Assembly (NCBI RefSeq): GCF_009914755.1
Contig: NC_060942.1
Source: the human T2T-CHM13v2.0 reference genome, Homo sapiens
Length of the DNA stretch: 64,000 nt
Strand: one strand, 5' to 3'
The notes under the pieces: generated by a model
Seen by the model: only the letters and a program-made list of their open reading frames with translations
What the model was told of the DNA's origin: nothing
Database searches by the model: none
Position numbers and translations under genes: made by a program
Shown: positions 1 to 14,296 of the stretch, piece by piece
Position numbering within the stretch: the stretch's first letter is position 1
Layout: each line of letters begins with the position of its first letter

Positions 1-75
1 GCGGACCTCCAGGAGCTGCCCGCAACCATCCACAGCGCGTCCTGGGTCGCACCCACCTCCTACCTGGGGGACAAG
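1..75 (+). CDS. LAMA3: LAMA3B-specific exon, 5'-partial (L4/laminin IV domain): ADLQELPATIHSASWVAPTSYLGDK
   Basis: Open frame from base 1 with a laminin IV-type W.AP..YLGDK motif; donor AAG|gtaatg at 75/76, phase 0, in frame with the next exon. Confidence 0.93.
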
Positions 76-1270
76 GTAATGATGTCCTGCTGTTCTTCTG
101 GGCCCTCAGTGGGCCTCTGCTATTGCTGCATGAGCATCATTTCCTGGAAATCTGGAAGGAAGCATCCAGCAGTTCAGGTTACTAACGTTCCAGAAATGAG
201 CTGAACTAAAAGTGAGGAAGAGACCCTGCCTCCTGCTGTGAGGGGCTGAGCAGGCACACACTGCGCCCCACCATTGCCATGCATGAGCTACCAGCAAAGG
301 AAATCACCCACAATGTTTTTCTCAGTTTTTACCTAATGTCAAAGAATTTTCCTCCAGGGAAATAACCATTTAAATACTATCTATTGCAAATGGGACATGC
401 GTGCTTTTAAATGCCAATGCTGAGAATTCTTTATTTTAAGGCAGAAGAAAGCCTCTTTGTTAGGAAAACGAAAGCTAACAAGTGACTCACAAGCTTATTA
501 AAAGAAACACAGGATCTGGTGGCAGTTCGACTTTCCTAAGTAGAATCACATAGTTACACACTCCTCAGGAACTTACAAACCACTTGCTCTTCCTTTGCTG
601 CAAGAGTTATTATGCCAGAGGCTGGCCACCTCCATCCATTTTATGAGGACAGAAATGCAGGCCTCATGTGGAAACATGAGGTGACATATGTTTCTTAGCA
701 AGGGTGGAACTTGCTAACGGGTGGATTTCACAGGGCCTGGCTCAGGGGATGCCAAATTCTCACATTAGGAAGACTAAAATAATAGGGCCTTGTTGGCCTG
801 AGGTCTCTAACTTTGTCTTCTGGGTGAAGGACTGTGGGTTTTGACATCTGAGTGTGGGAAATGTTGCCTCTCTTCTATGATCCCACTTCTCTTTCACTTA
901 ATACTCCTCTTTACCGCTATATGACGGGCCCATGTGTTGATTATCTATTGCTATGTAACAAATTACTCCAACACTTCGCAGCTTAAAGCAGTAATGATTA
1001 TCTTGGATGAGGAATTCAGGAGGGGATGGCCCAGAGTCTTCCTAGGTTACTGTCAAGATGTCAACCAGGGCTGTAGTCCCCTGGGACTGCAGCATCTGCT
1101 TCCAAGCTCACCCACATGGCTGTTAGCAGGCCTCTGCTTCTGGCTAGCTGTGGGCTGGAAGCCTCCATTTCTCATCACGTGAGACCCTCCATAGGCTACC
1201 TGAGGGTCCTCATGACATGACAGCTGGCTTCCCCCAAAGCAACTTATGGGGGGTGGGTAACAGGGTGGGG

Positions 1271-1309
<39 letters not shown>
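1271..1309. repeat. (GA)n microsatellite
   Basis: About 19 GA units with one interruption. Confidence 0.95.
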
Positions 1310-1439
1310 CTAGCTCAAGACAGAAGCTGCAGTGTTTTTGTAACCTAATTTCAGAACTGCCATGCCCTCACTTCTCCTTTATTCTATTCATTAGCAGCAA
1401 GTCACTAAGCCCAGCCCACACTCAAAGGGAGGGGAATTT

Positions 1440-1730
<291 letters not shown>

Positions 1731-2494
1731 GGAGGAGGGGGAATTAAGCCCCACCTCTTGAAGGCAGGAGTGCAAAGAATTTGTGGCCATGTTTTTAAAA
1801 CCACTTTAAGCCCATCAAAAAAGCAATACTTAAATCACAATAATAATTCAAGACATTGCCTTGGAATACTTCCAGGCTTGAAGATCAAAGCTCTGTAAGG
1901 CTTTGTCAGGTTACAGACTCTAGGGAAAAGCTTCTGTTGAATGGGATCCTAGAAGAGCGTGGCTTCTTTCCCCTGCCTGCTCTAAGTTGTTGGCATTTTC
2001 CTATAGGTTATTTTGTTCTGTCTAATCAGAGGTGACCTTGCCTGTGATTTTCATCCTTCTGTCACTTCTTCCTTCTTGATTGTGTTTTACTTAAAGGATG
2101 GGAGGTGTCAGGACCCAAGGTGTGAAGTAGCTGTCAGAAAACTGACCATTCACTCCATGTCCTCACCACCATCATGCTGCTTGTGGGACATTGAGAGGTC
2201 TGTGCACCTGCTGGAGTTGTCAGCCATGGCTACTGTACACAGCAGAACTCACAATAATTTGGGAAATGTTCACCATCTGCTTTCAGGAGAATTGTTTTTG
2301 GAGAAAATTTATTTTTAGAGGTTATTTTGTGACTGATAGATATTATCCAGTTCTCTCAGTTAAAAAAGAAACCAATGGCCTAGATTTCCTAGAATAGTTG
2401 TGGATTAAATAAACATTTTGGTTTAGTAATCATCTAGAAAAAAAAAGGAACACGACTATTATTTTTCTTACTTTCTTTCTTTTCTTTCTTTCAT

Positions 2495-2794
2495 TTTTTT
2501 TTTTTTTTAAAAGAGACAGGGTCTTGCCCTGTTGCCCAAGCTGCACTGCAGTGGTACAATAATAGCTCACTGCAGCCTCAAACTCCTGGGCTCAAGCGAT
2601 CTTTCCACCTCAGCTTCCTGAGTAACTGGGACTACAGGTGTGCACCACCACACCTGACTAATTTTTAAATATTTTTGTAGAGACAGGGTCTCGCTGTATT
2701 GCCCTGGCTGGTCCCTAATTCCTGACCTCAAGTGATCCTTCTGCCTCGGCTTCCCAAAGTGTGGGATTATAGGCATGAGCTACTACACCCAGCC
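2495..2794 (-). mobile_element. Alu (AluJ-like)
   Basis: Poly-T followed by gagacagggtcttg...cccagcc. Confidence 0.92.
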
Positions 2795-3052
2795 ATATTT
2801 TTCCTTTTAATAAAGGTATCTTCTTGCTTGTAAAACTCAATCATGTTCATGCTAAACATTTCAAATGACATTAAAAATAGCATAAAGTAGAAAAAATACC
2901 ATCCTCAACCCCACCTCCTAGATACAACCCTTGTTACCAGGTCGAGTGTGTTTCTTTCCACACCTTGTGTGCCTAAGTGCTTTTCATGCGGGTTGATGTT
3001 GACATCATCTCTTTTAATGCTTGTGCTATTGATGCTATTAATTCCATTTTAG

Positions 3053-3151
3053 GTTTCTTCATATGGTGGTTACCTCACTTACCAAGCCAAGTCCTTTGGC
3101 TTGCCTGGCGACATGGTTCTTCTGGAAAAGAAGCCGGATGTACAGCTCACT
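3053..3151 (+). CDS. LAMA3: LAMA3B-specific exon: VSSYGGYLTYQAKSFGLPGDMVLLEKKPDVQLT
   Basis: ttttag|GTT acceptor, ACT|gtaggt donor, 99 nt, phase 0-0; SYGG.L.Y motif of laminin L4 domains. Confidence 0.95.
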
Positions 3152-3417
3152 GTAGGTATCAGAGCATGACCTAAGTGGCAGGAAGTGGCAGTTGCAGTTG
3201 GTGCTGATCTAAATTTAGGACATCTTGATATGTGGCCTACAAAAAGTTTAGATTAAATCATTTCCAATATTTTGCAGAAACTAAATGAAAGTTGAAAGCA
3301 TGTAACATCTTTTCAGGATCCTGCCTCCTCTGACCAAATGTTGTCTGTCTTCTCTGCCTCCAAAGTACTTAACCGTATTTTGCTTTTGCCTCTCACAAGT
3401 TACTGCCTCATGTTAAA

Positions 3418-3703
3418 CTTTTTTTGAACTTTTTTTATCTTTGTAGAGACAGGGTCTCACTGTGTTGCCCAGGTTGGAGTTGAACTCCTGGCCTCAAGCA
3501 ATCCTCCTGCCTTGGCCTCCCCAAGCACTGGAGTTATAGGCACACACCACCATGGCCAGCTGAGGAGTTTTTAATTTTAATTTTTGTAGAGATAGGATCT
3601 CACTATGTTGCCCAGGCTGGCCTCAAACTCCTAGGCTCAAGCAATTCTCCCTGCTCAGCCTCCCAAAGCTCTGGGATTACAGGCGTGAGCCACATGTCCA
3701 GCC
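3418..3703 (-). mobile_element. Two tandem left-monomer (FLAM-like) Alu units
   Basis: Both halves read tgtagaga...gttgcccagg..gg....aactcct with no right-arm insert. Confidence 0.8.
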
Positions 3704-4184
3704 ACATATTAAGCATTTTTTATGTTTCTATCTTTCAATTTTGTTTCATAAATGTCTTTGAATCCTTACCACGGGGCAAGATCATATTGTTGGACTCTGT
3801 AAAGGACAGGTGACCCCTTTTCTCAAAAGGAGGGGAGATTAGAGAAATATGCCAGGAACTCCAACCCACTGAATGGTAACTATTGGAGGAGAGCCAAACA
3901 GGGCCCTCTCAGTGCTGGGGTCTGGGTAGGGGGAATGGGAGTCATGTGGTCTGAGAGGCCCTTAGAAGACTTTGTGGTTCATTTTGAGCTAAGTCTTTAA
4001 GAATGGGCATAAGAAGAGAAGTGCCCTTCCAGGGGCAGGGACAAAGGCTAACAGGACTCGGGGGTGGTACAGGGCAGGAGGCTGTGCTCATGGATGACCA
4101 GTCCAATGGGGCTGTATCATCAGTGTGTGCAGAGTCATTGAAAACAAGTCTGGAAGGGTTTGATGCTATAACAGGATTTTTAGT

Positions 4185-4350
4185 CTGCCTCCCTGGTTCA
4201 AGCAATTCTCTTGCCTCAGCCTCCTGAGTAGCTGGGATAATAGGCATGGGCCACCATGCCCGGCTAATTTTTGTATTTTCTTTAGAGATGGGGTTTCACC
4301 ATGTTGGCCAGGGTGGTCTCAAACTCCTGACCTCAAGTAGTCCACCCACC
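4185..4350 (-). mobile_element. Alu internal fragment
   Basis: tctgcctccctggttcaagc...ctcctgacctcaagt; truncated at both ends. Confidence 0.88.
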
Positions 4351-5543
4351 ACTGAGGGGACGTTTGTTTTTTGAGAAAGGAAGTAACAACATCCACACAC
4401 TATGTGCCTGGCACACAATCCAGTGCGGCAGTCTAGAAAATTCCTTGAGGGCAAGGGTAGTATCACATCCTACTTTGAATTCCCCACGACACAGGGCATA
4501 ATACCCTAAACATAGGGTAGGGTGCCACTGCCTGAAGTCGGCTCTATTTCTGGTTTATTGGGTGTGATTAATGCGATGTAATGTTAGCTTTGGGAAAGGT
4601 TTTCTCATGTCATGTACTGTATACAGGGACCAGCAAGTCACACACACCTCATCACAGCATATTCTTGGTAGATATTTGTGTTCAGGCACTGCTGTGTTGC
4701 TTTGTTTTTACTGGTATGCAAATCTACTAAACTGTTTTAAAAACTCCAAGGAACCTTTGCAGAATATCTTGAAGATAAAGCAGCAAAGATTTTAGAGTTA
4801 TAGTCTAAGGAAAAATAGCTACACAGTAAAAACACAGTCACAGCAGTGCTGTATTTCAGTTTCATGTTTTTGCAGAGCATCTTGTAGTTCAGGCCAGGCG
4901 TATTTTTTTACTGCCAAAGAGTTTATTGTGCAAACCATTAGAATTCACTGAGAGGTAATGACCAAATTTTCTGTTTAATTTTACCTTCAAACATGGAAAA
5001 TAATTTAGGCTCACAAAACATTTTCCCTGCTGCTTTGTTCTAATCCACTGTAATTAAGAGCCTCTAGGGCATGTTTCTTAGATTAAGGTTTTAAATGATA
5101 TGTGATCCTAGGTAATGGCCTTCTTTCTGAAATACCAGCCCTAATGAAATACCAAACACCTTTAGGGTTTTGTGCTACAGCAGAAAAGCTGGGACATGTG
5201 TGTGTTTTTGCAGCAGGGTTGCTGATGGTAGGGTGCTGATGCAGTAGTGCTGGCCACCCCACCTTGCCCTGTTAAGATGCACATGTGAGCCACCATAATG
5301 GGGTGGGCTGGAGGCTGAGAGCGAGTGAGGCTGGGTCCCACAGGGGGAGGCAGCAGGGGAATTTTTCGCTCCACATGCCAGCTGCAGCTCCCTGCATGTG
5401 CCAACCCTCTGCCCTCCCCACCCTCCTCAGTAACCCACCCACCAAAGCACTTTCTTCCCACCGCAGGCTGGTTCGGTGGCCAGTAATGAAAACAGCACTT
5501 CCTGCATTGACTGCAAGGCATAGTTTAAAAAATTTTTTTTTCT

Positions 5544-5850
5544 GCCAGGTGCAGTGGCCCACACCTGTAATCCCAGCACTGCGGGAGGCCAAGACAGGTG
5601 GATCACTTGAGGTCAGGAGTTTGATACCAGCCTGGCCAACATGGTGAAACTACTAAAAATACAAAAATAAGAAGGGTGTGGTGGTGAGCACCTGTAATCC
5701 TAGCTACTAGGGAGGCTAAGGCAGGAGAATCGCTTGAACCCGGATGCCAGAGGTTGCAGTGAGCCAAGGTTGTGCCATTTCACTCCAGCCTGGGCAAGAG
5801 AGTGAGATTCCATCCCTGCCAAAAAAAAAAAAAAAAGAAAAAAAAAAGAA
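5544..5850 (+). mobile_element. Alu
   Basis: Dimeric Alu with a poly-A tail at 5821-5850. Confidence 0.93.
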
Positions 5851-6101
5851 ATTCCATCTTTTTAAGCTATTTTTGTCCAAGGCAATTTTCCTGATTTCCT
5901 ATTTGTGAAAAGACACTGTGTTACTTATAATTATTCTGTTTCCATGTCACTAATATTTTTACCAGTCAGTTAATTCTGAACTATTTTTTTAAGTCAGGTA
6001 TGTCATATGATGTAGACCATAGAAATGTTTTCTTAGATCAGTTATAAATCTTGAAAGATCCCAGTGAAGGTACTAACACATTCATGGTTTTCTTTAAACA
6101 G

Positions 6102-6185
6102 GGTCAGCACATGTCCATCATCTATGAGGAGACAAACACCCCACGGCCAGACCGGCTGCATCATGGACGAGTGCACGTGGTCGAG
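6102..6185 (+). CDS. LAMA3: LAMA3B-specific exon: GQHMSIIYEETNTPRPDRLHHGRVHVVE
   Basis: TACTAAC branch point at 6071-6077, aaacag|GGT acceptor, GAG|gtaaag donor, 84 nt, phase 0-0. Confidence 0.95.
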
Positions 6186-6314
6186 GTAAAGGAAGAGCAA
6201 CCATAGGATGGTCCTTTCTGTTTTGTGACTTAATTATTTCAGACAATCATGATTTTTACTCATTTTAAGAATTGTAAAATATGGATTCTATTTATATAAA
6301 TATGTTTATATATA

Positions 6315-6547
6315 CAGGTTGAGCATCCTTAATCTGAAAATCCAAAATCCAAAATGCCCCAAAACGCAAACTATTTTGAGCACCAACATGACACTCAAAG
6401 GAAATGCTCACTGGAGCATTTCAGCTTTCAGATTTTCAGATTAGAAATTCTCAGTGGGTAAATACAATGCAAATGTTCCAAAATAGAAAAAAAATTCTGA
6501 AACTTGGATCACTTCTGGTCACAAACATTTCAGAGATACCCAACTTG
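6315..6547 (+). mobile_element. Tigger4a/MER46A-like DNA transposon (TcMar-Tigger)
   Basis: TA|caggttgagcatcc ... gatacccaacttg|TA terminal inverted repeats with TA duplication; internal aaaatcc repeats. Confidence 0.85.
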
Positions 6548-6672
6548 TATAGATTCAAAACATGAATTATATAAAATGTGGAGTGTTTGATGCCCATGTG
6601 GCTTTCTTGGTACCATCTGTCCAGCCTTTTTACACTTTCTCTCCCATTTCACAATTAATTATCCATATCTTA

Positions 6673-6901
<229 letters not shown>

Positions 6902-7219
6902 CCTGTGAGCTTATAAATGCTATGACATAGCTCTCTGTCATCCTCAGGTCTCCCTCAGTGCCTGAGACCTGGTTAATGTTCAACATATGCTTAGGATGAA
7001 TGAATAGAAAAGCTATGAAAATGTTTTACATCCAAAGAAATAAGAGTAATACTAGCAAAATAAAGGAAAGCTCATCAGATCATAAAACTTTTGTTATACT
7101 TATTTGGTTACAACTATTCCTTAAAAATAGTGTTCCATTTATATTATTAAATATGACCAGTACCTCTAGGTGAAACTTTTTGAGTACTTTGAACTTGCAG
7201 ACATATTTTAATGTTTCTG

Positions 7220-7835
7220 AAAAGGTACATCTATACAATGGAATACTATCTGGCAATAAAAGAAACAAAATATTGATACTTGCTATAAGACACAAAAAAA
7301 GTATCATATTGTATGATTCTATTTATGTGAGACAGGTGATATCAGTAAAATGATAGAGAATCTCTAAAAATTCTGTCCTTCATAAAAGCAATGAGAGAAC
7401 TGGCAAACAGGGAAAAAAAGTTCAGAATCAACGTTTTCAGAACTCTGGAAATTACTCAAAGCCTTGCAGCCATCTGGAAATGGCACACAATGTATAAAGA
7501 TGCAATTTATATGATAGTAACATACCAGAGAAGAGGAGGGAATGATACTAATAGAAACAAAGTTTTTGTATACTGTTGAAATTAAGCTGGCATTTATATA
7601 AATCGTCCAGCATGGACACATGCATAGAGACAGAATGTAGATTAGTGGTTGCCTGGGTTTGAGGGTGGTAATGGGTAGTGACTACAAATTGACACAAGGG
7701 TTCTTCTTAAGGTAATAGAAATGTTCTAAAATTACATTATGATGATGTTTGCATGCTTCCGTAAATTTATTACAAATTGTATGCTTAAAATGAGGGAATA
7801 TTATTGTATGTAAATTATTCCTTAAGCTGCTAAAA
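7220..7835 (+). mobile_element. Old L1M fragments (3' UTR with nested pieces)
   Basis: catctatacaatggaatactat..., gtagattagtggttgcctggg..., aatagaaatgttctaaaatt are L1MC/ME-type 3' motifs. Confidence 0.65.
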
Positions 7836-8054
7836 TATAAATTAAAATTATATAAGCATCATATTTGTATGTTAGTAATAGCTACCATTTGTTAAGAATG
7901 GTGCTGAACACTTTATATATATTGTATCATTTAATTTACCTTAATTATAATGATAGCACAAGACATTAGGTATTACTGTGCCTATTTAAGAGATGTAAAA
8001 ACTGAGTTCAACAAGGGCAACAAAATATAAAGGTTAAAAAGGCAGGCTTTTGGA

Positions 8055-9278
<1,224 letters not shown>

Positions 9279-9698
9279 ATAAACGTTTGTGCAAGAAAAG
9301 ATTGTATTTTCTGTCACCGATGTGTACGTTTAATGAATGACCTGAGCTGCATGACTCAGTCAGTTTCCATATGCCTTCCTTCCCTCTTTCTCACTCACCT
9401 TATGTTTGCACAAACAAAAGCACATTTAAAAGATAAGTTGGACACTGGGAATTTTATTTCATTTTATTGCCCCTTATTCCCTGCCTTCATTTTTTTTCCT
9501 TCCTTCATGGGAATAACCCAGGACACCTGACTTCTAAATGTAAATACTCCAGGAGGCAGGTATTTCCCCGTCTTATTTCATTTCTCCCTATGCATTTTAA
9601 GTGTCTTGTTTTTGATTCATTCGGGGTGTCTGCCTCTAAGGAACCCCTGGAAGTGAGCCTGCCTAAGGAAGACCCTGACTTTCTGTTTCCATGTGTAG

Positions 9699-9929
9699 GG
9701 AAACTTCAGACATGCCAGCAGCCGTGCCCCAGTGTCTAGGGAGGAGCTGATGACAGTGCTGTCTAGACTGGCAGATGTGCGCATCCAAGGCCTCTACTTC
9801 ACAGAGACTCAAAGGCTCACCCTGAGCGAGGTGGGGCTAGAGGAAGCCTCTGACACAGGAAGTGGGCGCATAGCACTTGCTGTGGAAATCTGTGCCTGCC
9901 CCCCTGCCTACGCTGGTGACTCTTGTCAG
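9699..9929 (+). CDS. LAMA3: Last LAMA3B-specific exon (end of L4, resumption of LE repeat): GNFRHASSRAPVSREELMTVL...VEICACPPAYAGDSCQ
   Basis: gtgtag|GGA acceptor, CAG|gtagga donor, 231 nt, phase 0-0; VE.C.CP..Y.G.SC laminin motif. Confidence 0.96.
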
Positions 9930-10184
9930 GTAGGAAGTTTTCCCATCCGCAACATTTCCCTAGGGAGCTCCTGTGGCCGTTTTTGGCTGCTGTCCAGCAC
10001 TGTGGGATGGTTTGGGGCCCTCTGTCTATTGTTTCTCTGTTCAAGTTTCTGCAGGGCTTATCTTATATCTTACTTAGACTCCCTTCAGGAATTAAGTGTG
10101 AAAAAGACATCATCAGTGTCTCAGAATTCATAGGAAAGCCACAGAGATTCAATAGATGCTGAGGGTTAGAGAAATCCAGGGTAG

Positions 10185-10372
10185 GAAAATAATGTACTAT
10201 AGTTTCAAATAGCTAGAAGGAGGATATTGACTATTCCCAACACAAAGAAATGATCAATGTTTGAGATGATGGATATGTTATTACCTTATCTGATCACTAA
10301 ACGTTGTATGTGTCACAACATCACTATGGACTCCATAAGTATTTATCATTATTATTTATCAGTTTTTAAAAT
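10185..10372 (+). mobile_element. L1MA 3' UTR fragment
   Basis: ttcccaacacaaagaaatgatcaatgtttgagatgatggatatg motif. Confidence 0.8.
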
Positions 10373-11029
10373 AACATATTTTTTAAATGAAGGAGCTCAC
10401 CAGCCAGCATCTTAGTATTTGAGCCCCTGCTTTCCCAATAACTGACCTTATACCTTTCTCTAATCCGGAGCCTCCCTCTACCCACTCTCAACTCCCCAGT
10501 AGAGTTGAATTCCAGAGAATATCCTGGATTTCTTAGAGGACATTATGTTCTAGCTTGCAGCAGGACTCTCGTTGTTTGAGGTCCAGTCAACCAGAGCTGT
10601 CTTCAGATGATTAAAATGTGCCATAAAATGAAACTGTTTAATTTCTCTGGCTATAAGTATGTCTTTTCTTAAAGATCAGGGCAAAAGCACAACGTTAGCA
10701 TGATTAATAAAAGTAGCAAACACTCATTCTGTGTATTCCATACATCCATAAGTACGTAGGCTTAGCAAAACCTTTCACTTTCTTTCCTGGCCCCCTGGTA
10801 GCCGAAAACCCCAAGGTGATCTGCGCATACGAGTTCCCACTTTTTAAACCTGCAAAAACAAATCTGACCTGCTGTGGTCTTCTGGGGACTCCAAAGTTGT
10901 AATATTTAGCCCACAGGTTGCCTACATTCTTCCCCTTCCTCCATCTCTTTTCTAGCCTGATTAAAATTGATAGCCCGAGGGAAAGAGAGGGACTCTGGAT
11001 TTCCACCCTCCTACCCAGGGCGTGTTCCC

Positions 11030-11312
11030 TGCCCGTGACTCAGCCTGTGATTTAGGGCGTCTGCAGGGTGAGGTGGGTGGAAGGTGATGCCCGCCCCACC
11101 TCACAGGAATTACAGAGCGGTGCGCTTACCTGCGGGACTGTTATGTGCGCTCTGGCACAGGCTGACTCATGTGTGAAGTTTAAAGGTGGGGCCCCTGCCG
11201 CAGACAGCCTTCCTCACCTGAGTCAGGCAGGCCCGGGCACTGAGCAGGAAGGGCAGGTATAAGAGGAAGAGGCAGAGGTTCCTGCGCAGCCAGCGGACGT
11301 CCAGGAACCGGG
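11030..11312 (+). promoter_or_regulatory. LAMA3: Internal LAMA3A promoter/5' UTR
   Basis: Three AP-1 heptamers (TGACTCA 11036-11042 and 11163-11169; TGAGTCA 11219-11225), a GC/KLF box CCCGCCCCACC at about 11090-11100, TATAAGAG at 11258-11265 and raised CpG density, directly upstream of a signal-peptide exon. Confidence 0.85.
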
Positions 11313-11483
11313 ATGCCTCCAGCAGTGAGGCGGTCAGCCTGCAGCATGGGATGGCTGTGGATCTTTGGGGCAGCCCTGGGGCAGTGTCTGGGCTACAGTT
11401 CACAGCAGCAAAGGGTGCCATTTCTTCAGCCTCCCGGTCAAAGTCAACTGCAAGCGAGTTATGTGGAGTTTAGACCCAGCCAG
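11313..11483 (+). CDS. LAMA3: LAMA3A alternative first coding exon (A1; signal peptide): MPPAVRRSACSMGWLWIFGAALGQCLGYSSQQQRVPFLQPPGQSQLQASYVEFRPSQ
   Basis: ATG at 11313 (second ATG at 11346), hydrophobic signal segment, CAG|gtaacg donor, 171 nt, phase 0; recognised as the laminin alpha-3A N-terminus. Confidence 0.96.
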
Positions 11484-13060
11484 GTAACGTCCTTTTAAGT
11501 TTTGGTTTGTGATAGGGAAGAGTTTCCAGCTTTGTGACATTTTAAGTTACAGTTACGGTGATTAATGAGTAAATGGGTGGACTGAGGAGGGGCTGATGGC
11601 CTCCCAGTCACCTTGACTGGCAGTGTTTATTACAGTGCCTGACAGATTGCTCTCCCGAGCTATTAACCGCAAACCCCATTAACATCAGCCCACCTGGAAA
11701 TGCCGAGACAGTTAAGAGCTTGAATGCTTGCGGGATGTTAATATACGATGAAACTTTATGCCCTTTAGAGACCATCCCAAGCCTCAGAACAAAAGAGTCC
11801 AATGCCTATAGCTTTCCAAATGCTACTTGGAAGAAAATTTACCCACGGGGGGGAGAAAATGGGAAAGAGTGAAATCCAATGCTTGAGAAAAGTGATCAAA
11901 GTTTGCATAATACCTAAAAGACATGCTTCCATTTGCCAGGCATGAAACATTAAGAAATTCTGCTCTCTTTAAACTTCCTGGATGCTGCATGTATTCTTAC
12001 AGAGAAATAGATCCTATGGCTACAGATACAGCCCTGGAAACTGGATTAGGGACATAATATTATCATTTGTATATAATATGTATTACAAAAGTTTACTGGA
12101 AAACTTAACATAAAACATCATCATGTTAACTAGTTATAAAACCCCTGTATTGAAATAGTGCATTAGAACACATTCGTTTTCATTTAAAAGTGAGTGTTCA
12201 ATATAATCTGAGTACTTGAACTGATTTTTTTGTAGAATGTGGTTTTGCTTGCTTTATAAGAGGTGAAAAAATGATTCTATTTTAGTAACTGACAAATCCT
12301 CAGAGTCACATGATATGTAACTCTTGCAGAGTATATTTTCTGCTTGTAATCAAAAGCAAATTAAGATGGGTGATTTAGTTTTAATCAGGACAGACTATAC
12401 TCCCCCAAAGCATGTTTAATTAAGGCTTTTTTCTCAGGCATGTTGTCATAAACTAACCAGATCTATCTGCTTATTTGAATAACTTGCTCTTTACCAAATG
12501 TGATTATTTTGTAAGCAGGTAATGTGATATACACTGATAATTATAAGTTACTTGCCACTTATTAGGACAGATTGTATAATAGATAGAATGACACCATCAT
12601 TGGCTGCATTTCGTTCACATGTAAATCTCAATTGTGCTTTCAGCAAAATAACATTCCTTTCATACTTTGATTCTCCTTTAGGCAAGCCTGTTCATATAAC
12701 AACATAATCTATTTATTTGCAATATACTCTTTGCCCTAAACATGGTTCCTAATAGCTTAAAGAAACATTATATTGGAAACTGTGGTCTTATTGTGCATGA
12801 TCTATATTCATTGGTAATTTTGGAAGGGGTTCTAGCAACACCTGGGAGATTCCACTCCCGGAGCACATGAGGCTTCTGCCTCTCTCTCCTGTCAGGTGGC
12901 TTCTTTCTCACTTCCACTGGACCAGGTAGAGACCTTTATGGCCATGAGTGAATAAGAATGGACTGTCTACTTCAAGATTTCCTTTGAGTATAGTTTCCAA
13001 GTTTTACAGACATATGTGCTATTTAAAGAAGATTTGATAAAAGACTATCCTTTATCTTGA

Positions 13061-13432
<372 letters not shown>

Positions 13433-14296
13433 AATATGTGATTTGAATCTGTGCACTGATTTGCTCTGCCAAAATAAAGGACATGTCTATAATTTCCTTT
13501 AAAGACAGAAATCTAAATAATTTTAATGGCTGGTATAAGAAGAATTGTTTTTTTTCTGTTGGAGGGATTCTTAACTAGAATCCTTTTAAAAAGATATTAG
13601 TTCATGAAAAGAAAATTATAATTCTTTTCATCCAGATGAAAATGCATAACTTGTATTATACTGGAGAGAGATAATATACAGGAGATAGAAATAATCAAAT
13701 CAAGATTGAACAAGGAAACAAGACCAACCCAAGGAGAGTCCCTCAGGCTGAGCCTCTGTGTGTTCGGGTGGACCAGATGTTCGTGAACAGTCCTGTATGG
13801 GAACCTCATGCACGCTCCCCTCCCCTGGCTTCTCTGTTGCCCATGGCCTAGTGAGTGGCAATAAAGTGACTCCACTGATTGTGGCATGATTGTCTAAATC
13901 TCAGTTAAGACTCCTATTCCCCACAACCCACTACTCCTACTATACTGCCCCCTCACCAGCCCAAACCCACACTTGGAGAGAAAACGGCTAGCCAAAGATA
14001 ATTTGGACTTGAAGTGATTTGCTTAGATGTCCTCCCCTCTAAGGACGAGTCTCTTTATTTGTCCATTTCCACCTTCTCCACCTGCCCTCAAAACAGTTGT
14101 GAGAAGAGAGGAGCCCCTTCTCATCCCCCATCTCCACACGTGCCCTGTCTCTGATTTCCCCACCATGCATCTCACACTCCCACCAGGGCATGAAAACCAA
14201 ACAGCTTGAGAGAAAAACAAGTGGACATGACAGGTGGTTGAAATTAAAAATATTCACACTCACTGAAGGAAAGAAGGTTTGAAAAATGTATGCCTC

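Noticed and set aside
11900-12450. CATG-core half-sites as p63 elements in the LAMA3A first intron
   Set aside because: They are isolated half-sites without correctly spaced partners and cannot be supported from sequence alone.
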